Shown here: in pieces, positions 35,703 through 45,447 of the stretch
Layout of the letters: every line of letters begins with the position of its first letter
How positions within the stretch are numbered: position 1 is the stretch's first letter
Assembly: GCA_964515335.1 (NCBI GenBank)
Contig: CAZETS010000013.1
Location: forward strand, 11,728 to 75,727
Length of the DNA: 64,000 bases
Reading direction: 5' to 3'
From: an uncultured Spirochaetaceae bacterium
Lineage (GTDB): Bacteria > Myxococcota_A > UBA9160 > UBA4427
The notes under the pieces: model-generated
Database searches by the model: none
The model's input: only the letters and a program-made list of their open reading frames with translations
Told to the model about the DNA's origin: nothing
Made by a program: the position numbers and the translations under genes

Positions 35703-37010
35703 GTGGTGCTTCCTCGACATCAGGCCCTACGCCGGAAAGCGTCGCTCGCGATGCGCGGCGGCGACTACCTGGCGGCGCTGCGCATCTACGAAGAGCTCGA
35801 GGGGCTCGAGCCCGCCGACCCGACGTGGCCCGAGCGACGCGCGGGCGCGTATCACGAGCTCGGGCGCCGCGAGGAGGAGCTCGCCTGCCTGCGGCGGAGC
35901 CTCGAGCTGCTGATCGATCAGGGGCAGGTGCTGGCCGCCATTGCGACCTGCAAGCTGGTCCTCGAGATCGCGCCCGACGACCCCGCCACCCTCGACCGTC
36001 TGCACCTGCTCTACGCCGAGCCCGTCGTCGCGGCGCAAGCGGGCGGCGCCGAGCCGCCGTGCGCGGACGCGGGCGTGGCCGTGCCGAGTGACAGCGATGC
36101 CCCGCTCGCCGCGCTCGAGCTGACCGAGGTGATCCCCGAGTCGCGGGCGGTGCGGCTCGGCGAGGGCGACGGCGCCGGCATCGCCGAGATCCCCCTCGAA
36201 GGGGGCGGTGAGCCGAGCGCGCTCGACGAGCTGTGCCGCACGCCGCTCTTCGGCTCGCTCGACGTCACGACCCTGCACCGGCTCGTCTCGCAGGTGCAGG
36301 TGATCCGGCTCCCCGCCGGCGCGACACTCTTTCGCGAAGGCGACCGGGCCAACACGCTCTACGTCGTCGTCGACGGCGCCGTCGTGCCGGTCGCCGAGGG
36401 GCCGCCGCGCACCCGGATGGCCGTGCTCGAGAAAGGCGCGTTCTTCGGCGAGATCGGTCTCGTCACCAACCAGCCGCGCAACGCCAGCATCGAGGCGTTG
36501 GTCGACACGCGCCTGCTCGCGATCGAGCGCAAGGTGATGTGGTCGCTGATCCGCGAGCGCGGCGAAGTCTCGAAGACGCTGCTGCGCTTCCTGCGCGAGC
36601 GGCTGATCGACCGCACGCTGCGCACGCATCCGTTCTTTGCGCCCTTTCCCCGAGCCGACCTCGACGCGCTGGCGGGTCGCTTCCGTTTTCTCGAGATACG
36701 GGACGGTGCGGCGGTGGTCGAGCAGGGGCTGGCGAGCGACGGGCTGTTCGTGCTGCTCGCCGGCTCGCTGGTGGTGGTCGACGCCGAGCACGAAAAGCAC
36801 CTCGGCCGGCTAGAGCCCGGCGACGTATTCGGCGGGATCCCGATCATCCGCGACGCCGCCGCGGCCGCGAGCGTCTCCGCGCTGGGCAAGTGCTGGGTGC
36901 TGGCCCTCGAGGCGGACTGTCTGCGCGGCATCCTCGCGGGACGGCCGGGTCCGAAGGACGACCTGATCGCGCGGCTGGACGCTGCCGGCGACGGCGGCCC
37001 GGTCGTCTGA
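35703..37010 (+). CDS. TPR-like N-terminal region plus two cyclic-nucleotide-binding (CAP effector) domains, with no recognisable output domain
   Basis: GTG start. Two copies of the cNMP-binding pattern are present (FGEIGLVTNQPRNASIEA and FGGIPIIRDAAAAASVSA). Confidence 0.8.
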   Translation: MVLPRHQALRRKASLAMRGGDYLAALRIYEELEGLEPADPTWPERRAGAYHELGRREEELACLRRSLELLIDQGQVLAAIATCKLVLEIAPDDPATLDRLHLLYAEPVVAAQAGGAEPPCADAGVAVPSDSDAPLAALELTEVIPESRAVRLGEGDGAGIAEIPLEGGGEPSALDELCRTPLFGSLDVTTLHRLVSQVQVIRLPAGATLFREGDRANTLYVVVDGAVVPVAEGPPRTRMAVLEKGAFFGEIGLVTNQPRNASIEALVDTRLLAIERKVMWSLIRERGEVSKTLLRFLRERLIDRTLRTHPFFAPFPRADLDALAGRFRFLEIRDGAAVVEQGLASDGLFVLLAGSLVVVDAEHEKHLGRLEPGDVFGGIPIIRDAAAAASVSALGKCWVLALEADCLRGILAGRPGPKDDLIARLDAAGDGGPVV

Positions 37011-37076
37011 CCCGGCCGCGCTAGACTCGCTCGCGCGCCGCGCGGGCTCGACGTCGCGCGGCGGGGAGAGCCGGTC

Positions 37077-37898
37077 GTGCTGCAGGCAGCGGGCAACGGC
37101 GGGAAACGCAGTGGGCGCAGTGCGCGCAACGGGCGCAACGGTCTTGGCTGCGTGCTGGCGCTGGTAACGATGCTGGCACTCGGGCCGAGCGCCACCGGCT
37201 GTCGTTACCCGGGCCCCGGCTGGACGCCCGACGTCTCCGGGTTCGAGGGCGTGGCGGGGGACCAGAGGAGGCAGGCCCTCTACCCCGTCCGTTACTCGGG
37301 CTTCGCCCGCGCCTGGATCAGGCCCGGCGAGCACTTCGCGGCGTACCGCACGCTGCTGGTCGCGCCACCGACGATCACGTTCGAGCGTGAGCCGACGCAC
37401 GAAGACAGCTGGCTGCTCGTCGAAGGCGGCTATCCCAGCCAGCCCAACTTCGCGCTCTCCGAGCAGCAGCTGCAGGACTTCGGTCGCTATCTCGTCGAGG
37501 AGTTTCGCGCCGAGCTCGGGGCGAGCGCGCAGTTCGAGCTGGTCGACGAGCCCGCCGCCGACACGCTCGTCGTCGTTCCCTCGGTGGTCGATCTCGTGAT
37601 GTTCGTGCCGCTCGGCGCGCTGCCCGGAGGCGAACAGGTGATCACGCGCCGCACCGCGGAGATGACCCTGGTGGTCGACCTCGTCGACGCGCGCAGCCGC
37701 GAGGTGATCGCGCGTGTGACCGAGCGCCGCGACGCCGTCGCGTCGGGCGCATCGGGCGTCGGGCCGTCCTATTCGAGCACGACCTCGGCGAACGCCGCGG
37801 CCCTGCGGAGCACCTTCCGCCGCTGGGCGGCGATCCTTCGGGATCGCCTCGGCGCAACACGCGCGCGCGCGTCGTCTACAGGCTCTTCTCCCAGCTGA
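37077..37898 (+). CDS. Putative lipoprotein, possibly DUF3313-like
   Basis: GTG start. LALGPSATGC is a lipobox and the composition is protein-like. The family assignment is uncertain. Confidence 0.5.
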   Translation: MLQAAGNGGKRSGRSARNGRNGLGCVLALVTMLALGPSATGCRYPGPGWTPDVSGFEGVAGDQRRQALYPVRYSGFARAWIRPGEHFAAYRTLLVAPPTITFEREPTHEDSWLLVEGGYPSQPNFALSEQQLQDFGRYLVEEFRAELGASAQFELVDEPAADTLVVVPSVVDLVMFVPLGALPGGEQVITRRTAEMTLVVDLVDARSREVIARVTERRDAVASGASGVGPSYSSTTSANAAALRSTFRRWAAILRDRLGATRARASSTGSSPS

Positions 37899-39456
37899 GA
37901 GCGAGCCCGGCGTTGAGCCGTGTCGGGAAGTTGTCGTAGGTGGTTGTTCCGGTGCGGATCAGCTCGTCGGCGAACGATCCGGCCGCCGAGGCGTCGATGC
38001 GGAAGCTGCCGAACCGGAGCCCGAAGCCGCCCGTCATCGCCCAGTCCTGGTTGACGGTGCCGGACACGTTGTTGTAGCCGCCCACCCGAAGCGCCAGGTC
38101 GACGTGCCGGCCGAACGGAATCACGTACTCGGCGCCGAGCGAGACGAACCGCGATCTCACGTTGCGCAGCGCGATGATCTCGTTCTCGGTCAGGTCGACG
38201 TCGAAGGCGAGCGTCAGGTTGCGGACCGGCACGAGCGCCAGGCCCGCCCGCACCTGCGCGTCGACCGTGAGCGACGTGATCCCGAGCTGGGGCACGAACG
38301 AGACTTCGAAATCGGGGCTGTTGACGTTGCGCGCCATCACGCCGAACTGCATCCAGCTCGTCGGCCGGTACGAGACGCCGATGTCCAGCCCGAAGGCGTG
38401 GCTGACTTCGCTGTTGTCGAGGTTGAGGAGGTCGGTCACGACGCCGCCGGCACCGGTCGCGTCGTTGTAGGGAAAGAACTTGATGAAGGTGACGCCCAGC
38501 ATGTACTTCGGCACGACCGACAGCGCGAACTTCTCGTGCACGTAGGTGTCGAGGATCCTGCGTGTGGTGCCGGTGGTCTTGCGCAGGAACGGAACCGGCA
38601 GCTTGACCGCGTACGAGAACGCGAACTCCTGCACGCTGAGGCCGGCCGCCAGCGCACCGGTCTCGTTGCCGGCGAGCGCTCCGCTGGCCGCGTCGACGAG
38701 GCCGGTGGCGAGCTGCTGGACACGCGGGTCGTTGGTGTCGGCTCCGGCCTGCTCGAGGAGGAATACGAGGTGGCCGCCCTGGGGCTGGGTGAGGGGCGGG
38801 GTGAGGCCGCCCGCCGACGCCAGAGCGACCTGATCGCCCAGCGCCACGTTCACCGGAGTCACGCAGTCCGCCGGTACCGTGGCGCAAGTCCCGAGCAGGT
38901 CGACGGCGATTCCGCCGAGCGCGACATTGGCGATGTCGGTGTTCGGGAAGACCGTCCCGTCGCTGATCGACAGCGCCGAGAATCCGAAGCTGCCGACGCG
39001 CCCCGCGAGGCCCAGAGCCGCGCCGACGTGGACGTTCTCGCCCCGGGTCCCGTAGGCGGCAAACTGGCTGAGCAGGCTCGCGATGCCGCCGGACTGGGCG
39101 TTGGTGAGCGGAACGCCCGGACAGACCGGCGCGCATTCGAAGACGCTCTGCGCGGTGGTGTCGAGCTGGTCGTAGGCGACCAGCATCTCCGACAGCCGCT
39201 GGAGCGCATCGTTCTCGATGCTGCCGTTGGCCGTGATCGGGAGGTGCACCCCCCAGCCCTTCTGGAAGGCCAGGTTGGCCGGATTCCAGTAGTTGGCAGT
39301 GCTGTCGCTCGTGTGAGCGACGCCGGCGCCGCCCATCGCCTGCTGCCTGGCGCCGACGAAGTTCCAGGGCGAGGCGGCGGCGCTGCTCGAGAGGCCGACG
39401 CACGAGAGGACCGCGCAAACGATCGCTCGTGCGGGACGGAGCCGACGCGTGTTCAT
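37876..39456 (-). CDS. Outer-membrane beta-barrel protein (TraF-like / FadL-like family)
   Basis: ATG at 39456. Signal peptide (AVLSCVGLSSSAAA/SPW), an N-terminal GGAGVA..ANYWNPANLA block, alternating beta-strand pattern, and a C-terminus AGLALSWEKSL. Confidence 0.7.
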   Translation of the reverse strand: MNTRRLRPARAIVCAVLSCVGLSSSAAASPWNFVGARQQAMGGAGVAHTSDSTANYWNPANLAFQKGWGVHLPITANGSIENDALQRLSEMLVAYDQLDTTAQSVFECAPVCPGVPLTNAQSGGIASLLSQFAAYGTRGENVHVGAALGLAGRVGSFGFSALSISDGTVFPNTDIANVALGGIAVDLLGTCATVPADCVTPVNVALGDQVALASAGGLTPPLTQPQGGHLVFLLEQAGADTNDPRVQQLATGLVDAASGALAGNETGALAAGLSVQEFAFSYAVKLPVPFLRKTTGTTRRILDTYVHEKFALSVVPKYMLGVTFIKFFPYNDATGAGGVVTDLLNLDNSEVSHAFGLDIGVSYRPTSWMQFGVMARNVNSPDFEVSFVPQLGITSLTVDAQVRAGLALVPVRNLTLAFDVDLTENEIIALRNVRSRFVSLGAEYVIPFGRHVDLALRVGGYNNVSGTVNQDWAMTGGFGLRFGSFRIDASAAGSFADELIRTGTTTYDNFPTRLNAGLALSWEKSL

Positions 39457-39563
39457 GCGGTCCTCCCTGGCGAGCCGGTCGGGGCTCGATACGAAATCTA
39501 TCGACCCTTCGGCTCCAGCGCTTGAAGGGGGACGGAATATTCGTGGCCGGGACGTGACGCCCG

Positions 39564-41051
39564 TCACCCGCGAGCTTCGCCCTCGGGCGGCGCCGGTCTG
39601 CGGGGCGGCTGGGGGACGTACGCCTCGGCGAGCCCGATCTTCACGAGCCGGCCCTCCTCGAGGCGCGAGTTGATGAAGAGATCGTTCAGGACCGCCGTGG
39701 TGCCGAGGGGCAGGGCGTTTCCCGTACGAATACTGAGCATCTCGAGGGTCTCGCCCGGCTGCGCCCGGACGACGTGTAGACGGGTGATCTCGAAGGACGC
39801 CTTCTCCTCGTCGGTGAGCGGGCGGAAGCTTCGCACCACGGCGCGCCCGCGTCCCTCGAACTTCCGCACGTCCGCGGCCCGGGCGACCATGTCGATGCGG
39901 TAAACGAAGCCGCGGTAGGCGAGGAAGGTGACGAGCGCACCGCTCTTGACGGCGCCCGCCTCCACCTCGAGCCGATAGGCGGGGTGGTCGCCGACCACGA
40001 TCGGCTGCTCGCGCTTCACCTTGCCCCGGGCCTGTCGCAGCTCTCCCTGGATGAACTGCCGGGCGGCCGCCTGCGGGTCGTCGCCCGGACCCGAGAGGCG
40101 CAGCGCGACGAAGGCCTTGCCGCTCGGCTCGACCGCGCCCACGGCGTCGCGCGTGTTCACCAGCTGCCAGCCGTCGGGGAAGCGCAGGCTGAAGTCCATG
40201 TCGCGGTGCAGGAATCGTTCGCCCTCGAAGATTCCCTCCTTCGGGTCGTGGCCGATCACGATGCCCTCGAGCCGGCTCAGGTAGTCGGCCTGCGACCCCG
40301 CGATGCCCTTGCGTCTGTTCCACTGGATGCTCTGCGCACGGTTTGCCGAGGTGGCGGCGCGCTCGGGCGTGGGCGGGTGGCTGTCGAAGAAGCCGGGCAG
40401 GCGCGAGATGCCCATCATGTTGCGCTCCATCGCGCTCATGTCCTGGAGGAAGCGCGCCATGCCCATCGGGTCCCAGCCGGCGCGCGCCGCGAGGATCTGT
40501 CCGCCGCGGTCGGCGTCCCGTTCCTGGTCGCGGCTGTAGGCGGCGAGCTGACCGGCGCGCATGTAGCCGATGGAGAGCGGGTTGAGGCGCCGGCCGTACT
40601 CCTGGCGGCCCGCCGTGTGTCGCTCGGCGGCGTGGGTGATCTCGTGGCCGATCACACCGGCGAGCTCGTCCTCGGAGTTGGCCAGCGCCAGCAGTCCGCG
40701 CGACACGTAGATGTAGCCGCCGGGCAGGGCGAACGCGTTCGGCTCGGCCTGATCGACGATGTGGAAGCTGTACTCGAACGGCCGACGCGGCGCGAAAGGC
40801 ACCATGCGCTGGCCGATCGCCGTCACGTACTCGACCAGGGCCGGGTCGTCGACGATGCCCATCTGGGCCGCCATGTCGGCGGCGGCCTGCTCGCCGAGGC
40901 GGGCGTCGGCGAAGTCGGTGTCGAGCAGGACCTGCTTGCCCTTCTTGTTGGCCCCGCCGCCCCCGCAGCCGAGCAGCATCGAAAGGGCGAGGGCCAGCGC
41001 CAGGGCGCGCCAGGCGGTGAAGCGCAGAACGGCGGGTACGGCGGTCGTCAT
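39564..41051 (-). CDS. M48-family zinc metalloprotease lipoprotein with a large C-terminal extension ending in a LysM-like segment
   Basis: ATG at 41051. Lipobox LLGC, and NAFALPGGYIYVSRGLL ... HEITHAAERH (HExxH). The C-terminus GETLEMLSIRTG...LNDL...GRLVKIG looks LysM-like. Confidence 0.85.
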   Translation of the reverse strand: MTTAVPAVLRFTAWRALALALALSMLLGCGGGGANKKGKQVLLDTDFADARLGEQAAADMAAQMGIVDDPALVEYVTAIGQRMVPFAPRRPFEYSFHIVDQAEPNAFALPGGYIYVSRGLLALANSEDELAGVIGHEITHAAERHTAGRQEYGRRLNPLSIGYMRAGQLAAYSRDQERDADRGGQILAARAGWDPMGMARFLQDMSAMERNMMGISRLPGFFDSHPPTPERAATSANRAQSIQWNRRKGIAGSQADYLSRLEGIVIGHDPKEGIFEGERFLHRDMDFSLRFPDGWQLVNTRDAVGAVEPSGKAFVALRLSGPGDDPQAAARQFIQGELRQARGKVKREQPIVVGDHPAYRLEVEAGAVKSGALVTFLAYRGFVYRIDMVARAADVRKFEGRGRAVVRSFRPLTDEEKASFEITRLHVVRAQPGETLEMLSIRTGNALPLGTTAVLNDLFINSRLEEGRLVKIGLAEAYVPQPPRRPAPPEGEARG

Positions 41052-41200
41052 GCGAGCCCGACCGTACCACGTCCGGCCCGCGACCGGCCGCCGCGGCGGC
41101 GATTCGCGGCCGATGGGCCGGCGATCGTCGGCGTTATACTCGGCCGACGCGCCCGGCACCGAATGCGCTCGTGTCGGCTCGAGACGGAAGGCAGTGAGTC

Positions 41201-42232
41201 ATGTCGATCAAGGGCATCAACCCGGACGGGCTGAACGAGTGGTTCGCCAAGCACATCGACGGCGCCACCCCGCCGCTCGAATTCGAGCTGATCACCGGCG
41301 GCCACTCGAACCTCACGTTTCGCGTGACCGACTCGGCGGGCGAGCGCTTCGTGCTGCGCCGCCCGCCCACCGGCGCCGTGATCGCCACCGCGCACGACAT
41401 GGGTCGCGAGCACCGCATCATCGCCGCGCTCGCCGATACGCCGGTGCCGGTGCCTCCCGCCCTCGGCCTGTGCGAGGACGACAGCGTCAACGACGCCCCG
41501 TTCTACGTGATGAGGTTCGTCGACGGCCTCGTGCTCGAGAACCACGCGCTCACCCGTGAAAACATCAGCGAGGCCAACCGCGGCAAGCTCGGCGAGCGCG
41601 TCGTCGAGGTGCTCGCGGCCATCCACGCGGTCGATCCCGACGCAGTCGGGCTCGGCGACCTCGGTCGCAAGGAGGCCTACATCCCGCGGCAGCTCAAGCG
41701 CTGGCGCACCCAGTGGGAGAAGACGCAGACCCGCGAGCTCGCCGCCATGGAAGAGGTCTACGAGGGGCTGCAGGCACAGATGCCCGAGCAGGTCGGCGCG
41801 AGCATCGTCCACGGCGACTATCGCATCGGCAACATGCTGGTCACCCGGGACGGCGACATCGCGGCCGTGCTCGACTGGGAGCTCTGCACCCTCGGCGATC
41901 CGCTCGCCGACCTCGGCTTCCTGCTCAACAACTGGGCCGAGCCGGACGAGGCCGGCCCGGCCGGCCGCGGCGCCGCGATGTCGCCGACGGCGGCGGGCGG
42001 CTTCCTCCTTCGCGACGAGCTGACCGCCCGCTACGAGTCGCTGACGGGACGCGATGCCAGCCGCATCGCGTACTACCGCGCCTTCCAGTACTGGCGCCTC
42101 GCCGCGATCGTCGAGGGCGTGCTGGCGCGCTACCTGAAGGGCGTGATGGGCGCCGAGGTCGACACCGACCTCTTCCGCCAACAGGTCGACGCGCTCGCCG
42201 AGTCGGCCGTGGCCTTGCTCGCCGAGCTCTGA
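41201..42232 (+). CDS. Phosphotransferase-family (APH-like) protein of the type associated with acyl-CoA dehydrogenases
   Basis: ITGGHSNLTFRV and IVHGDYRIGNML..VLDWE catalytic motifs are present. Confidence 0.85.
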   Translation: MSIKGINPDGLNEWFAKHIDGATPPLEFELITGGHSNLTFRVTDSAGERFVLRRPPTGAVIATAHDMGREHRIIAALADTPVPVPPALGLCEDDSVNDAPFYVMRFVDGLVLENHALTRENISEANRGKLGERVVEVLAAIHAVDPDAVGLGDLGRKEAYIPRQLKRWRTQWEKTQTRELAAMEEVYEGLQAQMPEQVGASIVHGDYRIGNMLVTRDGDIAAVLDWELCTLGDPLADLGFLLNNWAEPDEAGPAGRGAAMSPTAAGGFLLRDELTARYESLTGRDASRIAYYRAFQYWRLAAIVEGVLARYLKGVMGAEVDTDLFRQQVDALAESAVALLAEL

Positions 42233-42260
42233 GCCGGGCCTCTGGCCCGGGGCCGCCTCC

Positions 42261-43856
42261 TTGCAGACCACCACGACGATCAGCAGCGGCCGGCTCGAGG
42301 GCGTCCGGTGCCGGGGCGGCGTGGTGTTTCGCGGGGTGCCGTTCGCGTCGGTGACGCCCGGCGACGGCCGCTTCCGCGCGCCCGGCCCGGCTGCGTCGTG
42401 GACGGGCACGCGCCGCGCGGATCAGAGGGGCCGCGCGGCGCCGCAGCGCGCCGCCCTGTCGCGGCGCCTGCACCGCTACAGCGCCGTGCCGGCGGCCGGC
42501 TGGAGCGAGGACTGCCTGCACGCCGACGTCTACACGCCCGACTGCGCGCGCCGCGGGCTGCCGGTGATGTTGTGGATCCACGGAGGCGGCTATTCGCACG
42601 GCTCGGGGAGCTTCTGGATCTACGGAGGTGATCGGCTCTGCGCCCGCGGCGACGTCGTGGTGGTCGCGGTCAACTACCGCCTCGGCGCCTTCGGGAACGC
42701 CGATCTGCGCTGGCTTCACGGATCGGACGCCGAGGCGAACGTCGGCCTGCGCGATCAGCTTGCCGCGCTGCGCTTCGTGCGCGACGAGATCGAGGCCTTC
42801 GGCGGCGATCCGGGCAACGTCACGCTGTTCGGCCAGTCGGCCGGGGCGATGAGCATCGGCGCGCTGATGGCTGCGCGGGAAGCCCGCGGGCTCTTCCACC
42901 GGGCGGTGCTGCAGAGCGGCGCCGCGCGCAACGTCCATCCGCCCGCGGAGGCGCGTCGCGTCGCCGAGCAGCTGCTCGGCGAGCTGGGCATCGACCCGGA
43001 TCGCCGCGATGCCCTGGCGAGACTGCGCGCCACTCCGGCCGAAGCGCTGCTCGGCGCCCAGCTCGCCGTGGCGGCGCGCATCCGCCTGCCGCTCGGGATG
43101 CTGGCCTGGCAGCCCTGTGCGGACGACGCCCTGCTGCCGCGCACGCCCGAGGACGCCCTGCGCGCGGGAGCGGAGACGCCGGTGCCCCTGCTCGTGGGCA
43201 CGAATCGCGACGAGTGGAAGATGTTCACCGCTACCGACGCGCGCCGCCGGCAGCTCGACGAGCGGACGCTGCGCGACTACCTCGGCCGCACCCTCGAGCG
43301 GGACGGCGTGGCGGGGCGCGTCGACGTGGACGACGTGCTGAGCGTCTACGCGAGCGACGCCGACACCGGTGCGCGCCGCTCGCCGGCGGACGTCTGGATG
43401 GCGTTCCAGACCGACCGCGTCTTTCGCTGCCCCGCCGTCGAGCTGGCCGACGCGCGCGCCGCGCAGGGCGTGCCGACGTGGCTGTACCGCTTCGATCGGG
43501 CTCCCGCGGCCCTGCGCGAGCGCGTCGGCGCGTGCCACTCGCTCGAGCTGCCGTTCGTGTTCGGCACGCTGCGCAGCCCCGCCCTGCGCGCGGCCTTCGC
43601 CTGGCCGCCCGCTGCACTGCGGCTCTCGGACGAGATGCAGGACGCCTGGATCGCCTTCGCGCGCCACGGCGATCCCACTGCAGTGGAGGCGCCGTCCGGT
43701 CCGGGCGGCTGGACCCGCTACCGCGGCGCGGACGACGAGGCGCGCGTCTTCGGCGGCCGCGTGGGCGCCGTCCCCGCGGCCGCCGCCGCGACCCGCAGGC
43801 TTTGGGCTCGGCTCAGTCCGCCGCCGCCGGCGTCCACTCGCGCAGCACCCGCTTGA
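42261..43856 (+). CDS. Type B carboxylesterase/lipase
   Basis: TTG start. WIHGGGY oxyanion motif and GQSAGA nucleophile elbow are present. The 3' end overlaps the convergent synthetase gene by 44 bp. Confidence 0.85.
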   Translation: MQTTTTISSGRLEGVRCRGGVVFRGVPFASVTPGDGRFRAPGPAASWTGTRRADQRGRAAPQRAALSRRLHRYSAVPAAGWSEDCLHADVYTPDCARRGLPVMLWIHGGGYSHGSGSFWIYGGDRLCARGDVVVVAVNYRLGAFGNADLRWLHGSDAEANVGLRDQLAALRFVRDEIEAFGGDPGNVTLFGQSAGAMSIGALMAAREARGLFHRAVLQSGAARNVHPPAEARRVAEQLLGELGIDPDRRDALARLRATPAEALLGAQLAVAARIRLPLGMLAWQPCADDALLPRTPEDALRAGAETPVPLLVGTNRDEWKMFTATDARRRQLDERTLRDYLGRTLERDGVAGRVDVDDVLSVYASDADTGARRSPADVWMAFQTDRVFRCPAVELADARAAQGVPTWLYRFDRAPAALRERVGACHSLELPFVFGTLRSPALRAAFAWPPAALRLSDEMQDAWIAFARHGDPTAVEAPSGPGGWTRYRGADDEARVFGGRVGAVPAAAAATRRLWARLSPPPPASTRAAPA

Positions 43857-45447
43857 GGACCTTGCCGGTCGGATTGCGGGGCAGCTCGTCGGCCGGGACG
43901 ATTTCGCGCGGCACCTTGTGGCGCGCGAGCCGGTCGCGGACGAAGAGCTTGAGGGCGTCTTCGTCGAATGCCTCGCCGGGCTTCATCACCACGAACGCGC
44001 GCAGCCGCTGTCCGAACTCGTCGTCGGCCACGCCGATCACCGCGGCCTCGGCCACGTCGTCGCGATCGGACAGCAGGTCCTCGACCTCGCGCGGGAAGAC
44101 GTTCTCGCCTCCCGAGACGATCATGTCGTCGTCGCGCCCGCCCACGAAGAGGCGTCCGTCGTCGTCGAACCAGCCGAGGTCGCCGACCGACATGAGCCCG
44201 TCGACGATCTCCTTGTTGCCGCCGCCCGTGTAGCCCTCGAACTGATTGGCGTTGCCGACGAAGATGCGGCCGACCTCGCCCTGGGGCACCTCGCGGCCCT
44301 TGTCGTCGAGGATGCGCACCACCACGCCGCGCGGCACGCGTCCCGCGGTGCCGGGGGCTGCGCGCAGGTCCTCGGGGGTGGCGATGCTCGCCTGGGCGAC
44401 CTCGGTGCTGCCGTAGAAGTTGTAGAGGTTGTCGCCGAAGGCATCCATCCAGCGGGTCGCCAGCTCGCCGGGCAGCGCCGAACCGCTCGAGAGCGTGCCG
44501 CGCAGCGAGCTCACGTCGTAGCGAGAGATCGTCTCGGGTCCGAGGGCGAGGATGCGTTGCATCATCACCGGCACTACGGCGAAGAGGTCGGCACGGTGGC
44601 GGTCGATGGCCGCGACGGTCGCCTCGGGATCGAAGCGCCGCTGCAGCACGAAGCTGTTGCCGAGCAGGCTGCCCACCAGTAGCTGGGTGAGTCCCCAGGA
44701 GTGGAACATCGGCGCGCTCACGAGGTTTCGGGCGCCGGCACGCAGCGGCAGCATCTCGACGAGACCGAGGGCGCCCTGGGCGTCGGTCGACGCCCCCGAG
44801 CGACGAGCGCCCTTCGGCGTGCCCGTGGTGCCCGAGGTGAGGATCGTGCCCGTTCCGGCGCGCTCGGGCCGCGGCACCGGATCGGCCGCGTAGGCGTCGA
44901 CGAGCCCGTCGAGGGTGGGCCCGCTCACGGCGTCGTCGTGCCAGGCCACGATGCGGGCGCACTCGTCGGGTGCGGCCGCGACGACTTCCTCGAACTCCTG
45001 GTCGTAGAGGATCGCCTTGATGCCCTCGCGCTCCGCCACGTCGCGCAGCTGCGGCCCCGCGAAGCCCGTGTTGAGGTAGCAGACGTCGGCGCCGAGCAGT
45101 CCGAGCGCGTTGGTCGCTTCGATGAAGCCCGCGTGATTGCGGATCAGCACGCCCACCTGAGCGCCGGCCCCGACGCCGAGGTCGCGCAGGCCGTGGGCGA
45201 GGGACAGGGATCGGTCGTAGAGCTGGCGGTAGCTGAGCTGGCCGCGGTCGTCGATCACCGCGATCTCGTCGGGCCGGGTCATCGCGGCGGCCGCGAAGCC
45301 GGTGGCCGTCGAGCTGCCGTGGCGCCGGCCGGCACGGATCAGGCCGTAGAGGAGCTTCGGATCGAGCATGCCGAGGCGCCGCAGCGCCGCGAAAGCGGCC
45401 CGGGCCAGGTCGAAGGCGCCCTCGTTCGTGTGGGGGGATGCGCTCAT
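43813..45447 (-). CDS. AMP-dependent acyl-CoA synthetase/ligase
   Basis: TSGTTGTPKGA (AMP-binding motif), GDLGWFDDDGRLFVGGRDDDMI and PRNPTGKVLKR are present. Confidence 0.9.
   Translation of the reverse strand: MSASPHTNEGAFDLARAAFAALRRLGMLDPKLLYGLIRAGRRHGSSTATGFAAAAMTRPDEIAVIDDRGQLSYRQLYDRSLSLAHGLRDLGVGAGAQVGVLIRNHAGFIEATNALGLLGADVCYLNTGFAGPQLRDVAEREGIKAILYDQEFEEVVAAAPDECARIVAWHDDAVSGPTLDGLVDAYAADPVPRPERAGTGTILTSGTTGTPKGARRSGASTDAQGALGLVEMLPLRAGARNLVSAPMFHSWGLTQLLVGSLLGNSFVLQRRFDPEATVAAIDRHRADLFAVVPVMMQRILALGPETISRYDVSSLRGTLSSGSALPGELATRWMDAFGDNLYNFYGSTEVAQASIATPEDLRAAPGTAGRVPRGVVVRILDDKGREVPQGEVGRIFVGNANQFEGYTGGGNKEIVDGLMSVGDLGWFDDDGRLFVGGRDDDMIVSGGENVFPREVEDLLSDRDDVAEAAVIGVADDEFGQRLRAFVVMKPGEAFDEDALKLFVRDRLARHKVPREIVPADELPRNPTGKVLKRVLREWTPAAAD

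Noticed and set aside
37876-39456. TraF-like name suggesting a conjugative or mobile element
   Set aside because: No relaxase, coupling protein, type IV secretion, integrase or repeat boundaries lie anywhere nearby. The protein is best read as a generic outer-membrane beta-barrel.
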